DNA of 57,392 nucleotides, the filler included, from Platydemus manokwari (lineage: Eukaryota), in assembly GCA_037951405.1 (NCBI GenBank). It is 6 parts of 6 records of this genome, joined end to end, with 100 filler letters (N's around TTAATTAATTAA, not from the genome) between each part and the next. Parts side by side here need not be neighbours in the genome. Positions count along the whole stretch, not along the records: positions 1 to 8,785 come from JBBMOY011350427.1; positions 8,886 to 17,674 come from JBBMOY011349760.1; 4 more parts are not named here. One strand, written 5' to 3'. This document shows, piece by piece, positions 1-12,900 of this stretch (position 1 is the stretch's first letter; the number at the start of each line of letters is the position of its first letter). Both the position numbers and the translations under genes were made by a program. Below the pieces are notes generated by a model. The model ran no database searches and was not told the DNA's origin. It worked only from the letters and a program-made list of their open reading frames with translations.

Positions 1-36
<36 letters not shown>
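1..36. repeat. (GA)n microsatellite followed by a purine-rich low-complexity tract
   Basis: Perfect GA dinucleotide run at the window start. Confidence 0.95.
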
Positions 37-40
<4 letters not shown>

Positions 41-2218
41 GAGAAAATAAGAGAAAGAGAGAGAAGGAGAAGGAGGAAAAAAGAAGGAGGAAATTTAAAA
101 CACCTAAAAAAGGTGAAAATTTCAAGAATAACAGATAAACTCTGATAAAATTCAACTACGACATAAATTCATTTGTGAACTTCGATCCAATGAAATTAAT
201 ATTATAAATGAAAAATATTTACAAAATACGTTTTAGGACTATTAAGTTGTTTCACCGATGTGATGATGAGTCGATCAAATTGATTTCTCGAAATATTTTT
301 CAACACCATAAATTCATTTACTGTTGGACTGGGCGACGAAAATATATTCCGATAATGTACGATAAATAATTCATCCCAATCTCAATTCGAATTCGACTAT
401 TTTCGTTTCTGGTGCGGTTAATTAATCGATACAAAATGTGGAATCAATTATTAGATAATATTTGCTAATAAGCTAGTAAAAGGTGAGGAAATGTACACTG
501 ATCGAACTGTTGTAGTAGTAGCTGTTTGACAATGATGTATCTACAAGAAAATATTGGAACAGTTGCCATGGCTCATTAGTAAACCGATTAAATTATCCAA
601 TGATTCGAATCCACTAATGAGCTAATTATAAAATAGTTGATTCCAATTTCTCCATGACACTGTTAAGTGACATTAAGTATCCAATTTGTGGCTTCAGCAT
701 CAATTCACAAAACTCATTTTATCAATTAATAAGCCATAACTTTTGAATATTAAGAAATGGTTTTTGTAAAATCCATCAACCGAGGCAGCAGAATTTGTTG
801 ATTCGAACACGATTTATAAATAAATTAAATGAAACTCTTAAGGTGATTTATACTAACTTCGGCGGATATTATCTCTGTTTTGTTGGAAATTATTCCAAAT
901 GCACCTGGAATTATGATGTTTCCACACTAGACTTAATAAAAAAATCATCCTCGCCCAATGAAAAAATTGAGTTGAGTACAAAAATAAAATTATTTTGGTC
1001 AAAATTTTGTGATCGATATATTTTCATGTAAAAATTTAATTTATTTTTTATCAATGGCGTTCCTTTTTTATCTTTGTCAAATTGGTATTGTGTCGCAATG
1101 GTCAGAAAAATTATATCCCACCTCAATTGAATGATGATTTAGTGTTCTGTTTGACGTCAATTGCCAGTGTTTCACTACACACAAAGATAGACCTAATATT
1201 GAAATAATATGAATCGTGGAACGCTAAATCATGTTTGTTATAATTTATCCCAATTCTATGTTAGTTGATCACGCTTTGTCGTCTATTTATCATATGATTG
1301 AGTTAATGCTATTCCTAACAGGATATTCTATTTCATTCATGATTTTAATTGACGTTTCAGCTGAGACAATCTCGATATTGTCCCGGAACATATTGACGCA
1401 GCTATTAATTCAGATTTAGATTTCTCAATATATTTCGATATATTACTAGCTCTCTCATTCTTTCTGCCCCTCTCTCTATCTCTCGGTTTACATTCATTTT
1501 ATATGCAAATAACTAGGAAATATTTTCAAAGGCTTCTCCCCATGACAAATATATGTTGGCAACGATATACATTCCTTATTTGATTGAGTTGGCCATTTGG
1601 TTGATTTCTTTCTGTTTCGTCGCAATTAATTCTGTCAATATGTGAATAAACCAGCTTCAACTGTTATGTTGGATTTGGTAAATTAATTGATGAAAATTAA
1701 TCTGGACGGTCTAGTTGAATTCTCAATGGCATTAAGATTAATTATTGATTATGGATTATCGAGAGGGACGAATTTTCATTGTCATCCAAATAAAATAGAG
1801 AATGAATTCGAGATAACGAAAATTAGATAAACATATTACTACAGGATGTCCCTTAGCTACCGATTCTCAATACTCCCCCCCACTTGCGTTTCTCTTCATT
1901 GATCATGCGACACAGTCAAACCAAACAATTAAATCAATCAATCCGACAAAGCAATTGACAACAACAAGAAGAACAAGTTGAAACAAATGTTTCTAACGAT
2001 TTCGTCAAATCTTTATGAATAAAAAGAGTTGCTCATTGATTGAATTCTTATTTTTACTTGAAAATATCGAGACTAAGATACATGCAAAATTATTTTACGA
2101 AAACAAAATTTTAATAAAAATAATAATAATAATAATAACTTTATAATTAAATATATTTATATGTTTTGTGATGTTTTGCAAATTATTTGAGATATTTTTA
2201 AAATTTGACATTTTAAAT

Positions 2219-2325
2219 ATTTATTTAATAAACTAATATATATTTATAAACTAATATTTATTTAATAAACTAATATATTTATTTATAAACTAATATTTAT
2301 TTATAAACTAATATTTATTTAAAAA
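2219..2325. repeat. AT-rich minisatellite, about 19-20 bp unit (tttatttataaactaatat), about 5 copies
   Basis: Repeated 'ataaactaatat' units are directly visible. Confidence 0.85.
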
Positions 2326-4221
2326 CCAAATTTATTAAAATTCTCATATTGATAAATTTGTTTTGCGAAATCTAGCATTATAATGAAGATGGATATGAAG
2401 ATAAATATCGCTAGGATCGGCATGATGGAGTTTTAGAATTTATATTCAACGATGCCTAACTTGATAAAATAAAAACACAAAAACCATTAGCTTAACCTAA
2501 AATCATATTGGTAATTCAATGTTATCGTTCCTAAAACCCTGTAATTACGTCATTGAACTGTGGAGAAATCGTATCGTAACCAATTATATGGTTATGCAAT
2601 AATTATCTGGTGAACATGCAAGATAGGTAGATCTATGTTCCCGGACTTGATCCTACTTTTCTTAATTTATTTTCACTGAAATTTGTGATTCGCTTTATCC
2701 AAAAAAAACTGGAAATACAAAAGAGCCGGCATTCAAAAGTGTATACATGTCTGATTTATTGTGTTTTAAATATGTATGGACGAACCTGAAATGTACAAAT
2801 TCCAGCCTCTTGTCTTGGGAAAATCATACACTATAGAAGTCTAAAACCAGGTTTGAAGGCAACACGAAAAGTAAGAAAGAATAACCCACTTTCATTCAAT
2901 TGTCTAAATATATGCTGATCACTGTAATGGAAGGGTATTGATATTATGATGGGTACTGAGTTCGGGCCGTATCTATTTATACTGAGAAAGAAATTCTGAT
3001 TGAAAATTCTATAAAATAATTCTCAAATAAAACATAATTTATATTAAAAAGTTTTTGATGAATATTTTTCAGATAAAACAGTAGCTTAGTGTTTCCTGCA
3101 TTTTATGTTTAATTATCCACCAATCAGCATTCAGCTATCTTTTAATCAATAAATAGCAGAATAGATTTTAATAAATCGATATTCAAAGGAATATTTCCCA
3201 GATTGTTTCATTGACAATTCAGGCAGAAAGGGAAGCAATCAACCGGTTACATTGAATTTAATCCTCAGGTTCTAGTGTTACATAATTTACTCAGTATTAC
3301 ATCAGGAATCTCGATCACTTTACTTAACTTAATAGCAAATTCTCATGTATCCGGGAGGACCTGTATTTTCAAACCGCACACATTAATTGACACTCAGTGA
3401 TAGCACAAGTACTACTAACAGTGCGACTAACTGGTAATAATCTATTGAGCTCAGAAATAGTGGAATTAATTATGGATTGATAAATAAATAATAAAGGAAC
3501 ACAATACAAAATAAGCATATATGATTTGTTTATCAAGAAAACATAACTCAATAACTAAAAATTACTGCTTATATCATAAAATAGAGTTGTAAAAATGCCG
3601 AAAATGGAAAATAAGGAACAGTGAAACAAAACTGAAACTAGCTAAATAAAACTGCAAACAGTTCTTGCTGTTGTCTGCACAATCGTTTCTACAAAGGAAA
3701 AATTAGAAGTTATTTCTTCAGCTTAAATTAAAAGCTCAATTTAAGTGAGAATTGTGTTTATAAATGACATTTATATATTTAGAGTATAGCATGCTTGTTG
3801 GGACGGCACAATAACGTTCAATAATAATGATGGAAACGATAAAATGATTCTGTGAAACTAGATTGTGTTTTAAAATAAAAAGTATTGGGACTTGGTGGCA
3901 AGTTCATTGATTTTGAAACAAATTATGTCTTGATTATGAGGTTTGACAGTGGTTCATGAAAATATGTTTTAAAAGATATTCGTATAGTTGACTATTTATC
4001 CAGAAATCGTTTTAATTCTATCAATATGGGGATATATGTGAGAAAGAATCCAATGAAATAATGAGTCAATAACTTATGAAATAGGTAACTAGTAATCCAT
4101 AATTAATAATCCAACAGATTCCAATGAAAAAGATGAATGATATTATACCCGTTATCTAAATTTAAAATAAAAAATAATATTTAAAAGGTTTTATTTTTTC
4201 TTCCCTGAGATATCTGTGAAG

Positions 4222-4440
4222 TCAACACACTCGTGCAGTTTCTCGTTGATTTGTGCCATCATTCTCTTTTACAAAATTTACCACCTTTTCCTTCCACATT
4301 TCATCAAACGATATTCCTGATCGCAACCTAGTGAATAAGTTTCCAGATTCTTCAAACTTCTGTTTCCAGTATTGCAATGTTGTCCTAGCTGGTGGTGCAC
4401 GATTAAAATGTTGTTGAAATTCTTGGCAAACTTGGCACTA
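4222..4440 (-). mobile_element. Tc1/mariner-superfamily transposase N-terminal remnant (DUF4817-like HTH)
   Basis: Minus-strand translation QVCQEFQQHFNRAPPARTTLQYWKQKFEESGNLFTRLRSG...VVNFVKENDGTNQRETAR* fits the 'F...PP.R.TI..W..KFE.TG.V....RSGRP...V.ENP..S.R' pattern; no DDE domain retained. Confidence 0.7.
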
Positions 4441-7400
4441 CCGTGGTACGTCATTGTATGACTAACTATAAACACTAGCCGCAGGCGAAAATTTAACATT
4501 AATAGCTGCTTCAGCCGTATTGTAATAATGCAACTGATTAATAAGAAATAAGAAATAAAGCACATTAATCAGTGAATAATAATCAATATCAATGAGTATA
4601 AATATGTGAGTTTAAATGATATTGTGTTTTGTTGTTTTATTTTAGCTTTAGAGATAGTTTCAGTTTTCTTTGGAACTCTATTGATGAACTGCTTTCATTA
4701 AACTAAAACAAAACAAAATGATTCCAGAGAGATTGAAATGAATTTTGTTGCTTTTAGAATTTTTTTGATTTTGAATGAAGATACAACTACAATATTTGAA
4801 AGGAAGTTAAAGATTCTTGTAAAGATCACACTTGTCAAATTATGTAAACATTGATTTTACACAGGATGCACTTACTGATTGTACAAATAATAGATTGAAT
4901 AGGATATTCGATTTGGGCTGTAAGATGCTGGGACGGATATATGCTATTGGAATCGATATATTATAATGGGATATTAGATAGAAAAGGGTGGGTATTGATT
5001 TTATATTGATAAAGAGGTGGGTGATGTGGAGTTTGTGATTGATGTGCAGTGGACTGAAAGCTTATTTCAAGCAAGTACCATACCCTAAATATATAACTAA
5101 GTTGGCTATTCAAAGCGTTGAAATAATTTGTCTTAATTTTGTCACGTCGATTTTTGAAAACCAAAGAATTTAACTTGAGTAATTAAAACAAAGAAAAAAT
5201 CGAGTTCAATTCCAATTGCAGCCATAGTTGTAATTTGTTGAAAAATATGTCCTGTTAATTGTTCAAAGTAATTTATTCCTATTGTCTAATTGATTATTTT
5301 AATGTATTTTATGATTTATGCTAGCAATTTATTTGGCTTGAATCCAATATAACGATAATTTATCTAATTCATAAACTTAGCCACTACATGTGGTTATGGA
5401 AGCCTGTGTACTTACCACCATCAAGTTTCTAGCGACACCACAGGTGTCCTATGGTCATTGACATAGGAACCATTCATTAAAATTCGTTCTATCCACTTAT
5501 AACGTGATAAATATTAGAAATTTAAATAATAAAAATCGTGGTTATTTGTTCCTATTGATTATTTGTTGCCTGGCATTATTTAATTTCAATATTTTATCAA
5601 TATTATTTGAAAATAATATTTTATTGATTTTATCATTTATTTATTTATTTGATAAATCCAAGAATTAAAGTAATATAACAACCGTAGTAATGTAATCAGA
5701 AATTAAACACAATTAAAATATAAATTGAATAAAACTGACCGTCGATTAAAATAAAATAAAAAGATATTTAAATGATGAAGAAATACAAAAATAAAGTAGA
5801 GTTCATAAAGGTTAAAATTTAAAATAAAAAAGTCAATTAACATCTCTCAATTTTAGTATCGAACAGGTGTAAATGTCATCAAAACAACTTGAATCGTAAT
5901 AAAGGTCGCAAACAGGAAGCACACTGAAGCGGTGTGCATTGAAATCTGGTTATATAAAGAAGAGTTAACTCTTTAAAACAGCCATTTGAACCTTACGAAA
6001 TAATCAAGTGTGCATTATGTTTATTATCAAAGCAGACCGCCTTGAAACAAATGTAGTTGCATAAGCTGTAGGTTGTCACAAATGTTATTGTGTGAGTTAA
6101 TAGTTTTGTATAGACACTGTACCGTTACAACAGTAATAAAATGACACCAGCAAGTTTGTGCGAGTATTTTCAGGAAAAGTTTGGAATTAGTGATCAATTT
6201 TTTGAAACGTTTTGATAAGAAAAAGATTATTATTAACCATAATTAGTTATTTGATTAAGCGGGAACTTAAATAATGAAAGGGAGCCAGATTTAGAAAAAT
6301 AGCACGCAAAGTTGGAGTGGTTCTAATGTGTCTAAATTTTGATATTTTAAAGGCACATCCTTCACGTATTCATGATAATCTTTGTCACCAAATAAGCATG
6401 ATTCAAGACCACAGAGTACAAAAACATGCATAAATATATTAACAGGTTCCTCGAGAAATTTTACACTTGGCCACCAGTTCATTCATAGCAATGTATAATG
6501 TGATTGATATGTGCTCATATATATTTCGTAAGGGATCATTTCACCTTTTCAAATACGGTTTCTTCTTTGACTACTTATTTAATTTTATGAAAGTAGCACT
6601 TTAATTGGTTATTTAATTTGGGTATAATCAATAGCTATTATCTTAGAATTAAAATTAGGTTTCAGTGTATTTTAAACTAGCATATAAGTTGCTACTGTAT
6701 TTTCTGGGATGATTATAAATGAGGGTTATTAATTTAAGCTCTTTATATTTCAATCCGAATGATAAAATTAGAATAAATCTGTAATCAGAAGAACATTCTG
6801 ATATGGAGTCAAAATGTAATGTGATACCGTGATAAACAATGAATATGATTGGAATGACCTTGGGTTTGAATCAATGTAGCGCTAAGCATACTATGAAAAG
6901 ATGGATTCGAGAGATTGTCAGAAACTGATTATTAAAATGAACTATGAAACTATCGAGGTGGGATTAGTGAAGATTCGATCAACGGACACTCATAACATTT
7001 CATGGGTAATATACTTTCGTTTGCTAGCGATGGCTACAATATGACAACATACAAGTTTCTTCAATACATGAGCAAATTAATTAAGAATGAATGCTCATAA
7101 TCCATTTAATAATTGGAGCAGAAGATGTTGATGCCTACACGAATTCTGTAAATAATTATTTTAAATTTTATGGGCGAAACTATAAATAATGTAAGATGAG
7201 GTCGCAAATAAAATATAAGTGTCGAATATCAAGAACGTCTTAGCCTCTGCTCAGCACTGTAATTGTGTGGAATAAAATAAAATTGCAAGCAATTACCAAT
7301 CAATCAGGACTGTGAAGCTAATTCCAGGATCAAGTCCGAGCACATCGAATTATTTTCATTTAGATCTTTTAAATAACTATTGGATTTAGAGCAGTCACAT

Positions 7401-8419
7401 TAATGCTGCAAATAAATTGGGGTGGAAAATTGATGTAATTCAGCTCATATAATGGTAAATTGCCACTAAAATGACGACCACTGATGATCTTGGAATCACT
7501 GGTTTAACTTTTTACATACTGTTCGGTGGAGTCTTTATAATAATACTCTTGACAATAAGCAATGACAAATATACATTTTTATCAAATTATGATGAGCCAT
7601 CACGCTAATAAAATACTGAATTCCTAAAATAGAATAGATCTCCCTATTGAACAATAATCATTGTTAGCAATATCAATCGATTTCTCGAACTAATAGGCAC
7701 TGCATTCCTTCTACAATCATTTACTTGATATCCATCAGAGCTTCAACATCTAGCAGTGCATCTCAAGTTTCTTCGAGAACAACGACTCTTAATGGGCTGT
7801 AAAAGGATTTTTACGAATTTCACTCTAAAGACCTTTGAGACTGTTTGAAAACGTTTGAAATCTTTTTTTACTGTTTTACTAATTATTACTTTTTGTTGAA
7901 TTCGGCATATTTTACAAAACATATTGACTGAAAAATTAGCCCTAGAAACTTGTCGTTTTAAATTTTTCATGGACTTCGACAGATTGTAATTCATTAATCG
8001 AATTCAATGTAGTTATCATCAGCTGATTTGGATCATATTTTTGACCTACATTTTAAACAAATAACATCACAGAATCTGGTCTCAGGAATAGCAGAAATCG
8101 TAGTAGAAAAGACACAATCATAAATCTGTCGATACAAGGAAAAAATTCATTGAAGCTGCTATCGATTTCTATTAAATAAAATTATTAGAAAGGCAAATGC
8201 AGAAAATTTTGTCATAGATTCATTGGTGACCTTTTATAACCATCACGAAAACTCCCTCCTATCAGATGTACTCATTTTGCTTAAGAAATAACCCAATATT
8301 TAACACTATGCTTATCAATATGATTGATTTTTTGCACCAGCCTGAGATCATAGCCATCAATTTCAGCACTGAAAATCTCCAATTATTTTAGCAAATTATT
8401 TTTTCAATAAAATATGTAT

Positions 8420-8701
8420 GCGGAACGTATAACTTAAAATAAGCTTGCTGAGATCGGTTTTACGGTAATACCGCATCCAGCATACTTTCCAGACTTTGTC
8501 CCTATGTCTCCTATGAAAAACTCTCTTCGAGGGAAAACGTATCACTCGGCTGAAGAGGTTAACGATGATTTGGAAAAATGATTCGCTTCAAAACCTGCGG
8601 AATTCAAAGAAAACGTCATGAAATAACTTCCAAAACGCTGGCAAACGTTTGTGGAACTTAAAAATGACTATTTTCAACATTTCAGATTTACCGACGAATG
8701 A
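8420..8701 (+). mobile_element. mariner transposase C-terminal remnant (degenerate)
   Basis: KLAEIGFTVIPHPAYFPDFVP (the HPPYSPDLAP motif) followed by KNSLRGKTYHSAEEV...FASKPAEF...LPKRWQTFVELKNDYF, with in-frame stops. Confidence 0.85.
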
Positions 8702-8712
8702 TGTTTTGTTTA

Positions 8713-8785
8713 TATTAGGCTGAGTCAAAAGTTATTCATGTTTTTTAGTTGTTTAAAGTTTTTGTTTTACCAAATCATTTAAACA
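8713..8785 (+). mobile_element. End (TIR and subterminal sequence) of a young mariner-family element inserted at TA, truncated by the gap
   Basis: TATTAGGCTGAGTCAAAAGTTATT resembles mariner TIRs; an exact reverse-complement copy is at 27962-28035. Confidence 0.75.
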
Positions 8786-8885
8786 NNNNNNNNNNNNNNN
8801 NNNNNNNNNNNNNNNNNNNNNNNNNNNNNTTAATTAATTAANNNNNNNNNNNNNNNNNNNNNNNNNNNNNNNNNNNNNNNNNNNN
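8786..8885. other. Assembly spacer (44 N + TTAATTAATTAA + 44 N)
   Basis: Artificial six-frame stop linker between N runs. Confidence 0.99.
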
Positions 8886-9380
8886 AATCAAAAATAGTGA
8901 TGTGCATGTGCATTAATCAAAGCATAAATCAATAACTATAAATAATTCAACTAAGTACATATATTACAATGGGTTATGGAAATACGTTGCATTGCTAATT
9001 ATATTCTTTTTTACTGTCGATCAATACATTTCACAAGTAGACCACATAATAAATAGCAACAAAACTGCTAAGCAATCCATGTCATTTATTTTCAGATAGT
9101 TGTTTTCAATCAAAAAATTACTCACGATTGATTACATCGAGTTCCAACTTTAAAGTTGAAGATTTACATGGTAAATAAAACTTAAATATCCTAAACGAAG
9201 TAACAAAGTATAATTGAAGCAAGTCGAGATGCAAAACCAATTAAAAAATAATTATAATACATTTTTATATATATTTTACACATTTATGTATAAGAACCAT
9301 GCTATAAAACGATTCTCTAATAATACACAATAAATATGAAAAATCGAGAGATACGCAATATAATGAAATCATCAACCATT

Positions 9381-9914
9381 TCACATGTGACCAACACAAG
9401 CCAAACCGGAATTACTGCTCAGTATACCGAGGTCTTGATTGTTTTTCATGTAATATTTTTCCATTTTGCTTATTATATGTTTTCCATAAGTATATTTCCT
9501 CAAACTTCCTAAGTGGGGTTTAATTTTCGTCATTAATTCTTTTCTCATTGGTTGTTCGGCTACATCGAGCATTTTTTGAATGACATAGTTGGCAAATTGA
9601 TCTTTCATCATCCAGTAAAGAATGGATTCTCTTTGAGCTGATCCTCCTCCATCAGTATCACTGCCATCGGTTTCGGATCCATATACACCGCTACTGACAT
9701 CAGCATTTCGCATTATTGCATTGCTTGTTGAAACTGGAATAGCATCTTGAAGAACTTCATTTATCAGTGCTTGCCGCTCCTGACGAGTAGCGTGGGCAAC
9801 TGCTTTTTCAACAACATTACTTGCAAATTTGTGTATACTGAGCTCAACAATTCTCCCCCTTAGTAAATTGACTATTTTACTTTTATCTTCTGTCTTACCG
9901 TGTTCAAGAACGTG
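9381..9914 (-). CDS. pum: pumilio coding exon 6 (Puf repeats 6-8 and C-terminus)
   Basis: HVLEHG...[10 protein letters not shown]...[16 protein letters not shown]...[11 protein letters not shown]; TGA at 9383-9381. Confidence 0.95.
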   Translation of the reverse strand, partial: HVLEHGKTEDKSKIVNLLRGRIVELSIHKFASNVVEKAVAHATRQERQALINEVLQDAIPVSTSNAIMRNADVSSGVYGSETDGSDTDGGGSAQRESILYWMMKDQFANYVIQKMLDVAEQPMRKELMTKIKPHLGSLRKYTYGKHIISKMEKYYMKNNQDLGILSSNSGLACVGHM

Positions 9915-12900
9915 CTGAATAATAAAAATTCATTTTGAAAATTTTTAAACAAATTCATAGATCAATTTTCAAAATATAAATCTAAACACGATAAGTACAG
10001 AAAAATAATATCGAAGGTTGCATAAATTACCTTTCAAATATTGAAATTATGTTCTTAATATTGATTATAATTTTATTCACGGTAAACGCGCGCCATAAAA
10101 AGGTTTTGTCATCAAATAAATCATTAAAAATTATCGATATTTAACATGAACAATCCGAATAATTTATGAATCATTGTTATTCATAGTTTTGGAATAATTA
10201 AATATTTAAAAGTTAGAAAAAATTTCGAAATATTAGTTGAAAATAATATGACAAGATTCGGATAATCCTTCTGACATAATCGATTCCAAATTAAAAATAA
10301 ACTTTGTATTTAACTTTTTAGATAAACATATGCATATCTAGTCTAAATATAAAATTAGAAACGCTGACAAATTTCATACTGAATTATCTACATATTTATA
10401 ATTTAATTAAAACGTATGTGATAAGATTAAAATATGTTTGCAGACAATTTAATCTGAACAGATTACCTTATGTGTCAGCAAGCCAAAATACTATTAATTT
10501 ACTGCTAGCTATTTAATCAACGTTTTAAATTATATTTCCTACTACAAGAGCCATTCAGGTTTTGGAAGAGTTTACCAATTCCTTTCATAATTAGATATTC
10601 TCAGAAAGTATTTTTCTTATTATTGTTATGTACCAGCAAATTATTTAGATAAATCTTTAGCTATAATAATCTAATGGCGGTAAAAATATATCGTTATTGT
10701 GCGTAATGTGCCAAATCACAACAATAATAACATAGATCTATATTCCGATAAAGCAATAATAAAATATCAGATAAATTCAATGATAACAGAAAGATTGATA
10801 AACACGTTAAACATGTACAACGAAAGCATTAATTTAGCTCAATTTATCAATAATTGATTCATGAAAACACACATTAGATGCATTGTCAAATGTAGAATGA
10901 TGACTGTGCATGCACATATATGCTGCGACACCACAAATAATCTGACTCATAGAACAAGCAGAAAAGGACGCACACGCTCGTATCATAAACACACAATCAG
11001 CTCTTTTCATATTATTGGCTTATTTAATCAATACTTTACAAACTTACTTGGATAACGTAATTACCATATTGATCCTTAACTAATTCCTCTGTAAAATGAT
11101 GCAATTCAGCCAAAATTGGAGCCGTTTGTTCTGGAGTGCAATGTTCAAGGATGCGTTGTATAACCCGACAGCCATATGAATGAGTTGATAGGGAATAGAC
11201 CTGATTAGAAATTGGAAGATTAATGAATTAATTTATTGATTCAGTTATTGATATAACAGTCAGCGGAAAAATTTTTAATGTTTATGGATATAGATTTCGA
11301 CTAAACACAGTGCGTCATTTGTGATTAAGTTATGGAGAGATAATAAACTGTGTAGGTGCCAGTAAGTTGATAGACTTAAATAGAATTTAGTTTTTCATGA
11401 AAATCGATTTGTTAACAAAAATTTAATAAAATTACAAATCAATGCAAACAATAAATATTAAAAAAAATTAATGATTTATAGATAATTAAAATTATGAAAT
11501 AATATTATTATAAAATGCACTCAAATATATTGATTTGTGTCAAATAAGCTTACATTGTCTTTGAAAGCATCAATAATAAAATCCAAATGTTCTGCAGGAA
11601 CACATTCAACACATTTCTGAACTACGTGATTGCCATTTTGGTCTTTTACACATTTAATAACTGATCCTTCCAGTTCGTGGACAATAGTTATTTGAGTAAC
11701 TTTGCTTACGGTTTCCAGTGCTTTCTGTATAACCCTACATCCATACATTTGCAGAGATAGTTGAAGAACTTGATTACGAATCCTATCGCCAAGAATCTAT
11801 AATTATATAACAATGTTCACTAATTATGAACTCGATCATAGATATTAACTTGGATCTGTTCTGGTGTTCCTAAATCGAAAAACCTCTGAATAACATAATT
11901 TCCAAATACATCTGTCATCAAATTGTAACAATTGGGAAGAATTTCTCGAAACACCATAGTTTTTTCATTGTGGCTGGATTCTTGCAATTTTTGTTGAATG
12001 AATCGAGATCCGTGTTGATCCTGAGCGAATTCGACAACATGACCAGCAATTTCTTGTAAAGTCAGAGTAGTTAATCTATTAGCTCTAAATATTATTCAAT
12101 ATATAATGACAAATTTATTATTAGAAACACCATAAAATAAATCTAAGATAAGCCTAAGTGACTAAATTCCAGGATTAGTTGAAGCTAATAACCCTTTGAG
12201 ATTCATTAGTGTAATATTTGGTTATTAATTAATAGATATATCTAAACCAGCTTTAATTTTTTTCAATTTAAATTATGAGGTAGACGAGCAAATCTAAAAA
12301 TTTGTAGAGATAAGCACTGAAGGAATTCTAAAAATTGAAGAGAATATTCTGGCAGGATCTTTATAACAATTATTAATAAACGGTTTAAATAATTAATGAG
12401 AAACCTTTGGATTTCTATTTCAGATATGCATTGATAACAAAATCCATCGGATTTATTCCTTGTTTTATTGATTAAAAAACAATTATTTGCCTATAAATGA
12501 AATCAAATTTTATAAGTTGGTTTATTTTTGATGTACCAATCTCTATATTTGGATAAGATTTTATCAAATATTTTATGAAAACAAACTGGATATGGGTTAA
12601 AAGAGTAGAAAAGATGAAAATCAATATTATAGATAGAATATTACAAGAATTCAAATCAATAATAAATGACAAAATGTCCCAATATAAAACCATTATTATA
12701 TAAAATCAATAACAATTATCTTCATAACACTTTAAACTCACCTAAAATCTTCAAGCAAACGACTTCTTGTCACTCCATCCTTTTGATTTCCTACAACACC
12801 TTTATATCCTGTTTGAATCGGTTTATTTCCTTGATGAGTGATTAATTGTGATCCAGGTGTAGGCATAAGAGTATGGCTTGGCTGTGGCGCACCAAGCATC

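Noticed and set aside
245-310. Hammerhead-like TGATGAG...CTCGAAA
   Set aside because: The core C is replaced (ATGATGA) and no flanking helices or cleavage triplet could be built.
4201-4222. miR-125-like seed TCCCTGAGA (and bantam-like TGAGATCA at 8343)
   Set aside because: Only seed-length matches with no precursor hairpin; both abut transposase remnants.
795-7994. Numerous 60-100 aa ORFs in the ORF track
   Set aside because: No motifs, I/L/F/K/N-rich composition expected from random AT-rich DNA or decayed TEs.
8830-8841. Recurrent TTAATTAATTAA palindrome as a biological repeat or CRISPR-like array
   Set aside because: Always centred in N runs; it is an artificial six-frame stop linker.
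8886-9380. Pumilio response elements in the pumilio 3' UTR (autoregulation)
   Set aside because: Several UGUA cores but I found no perfect UGUANAUA, and the UTR is cut by a gap.
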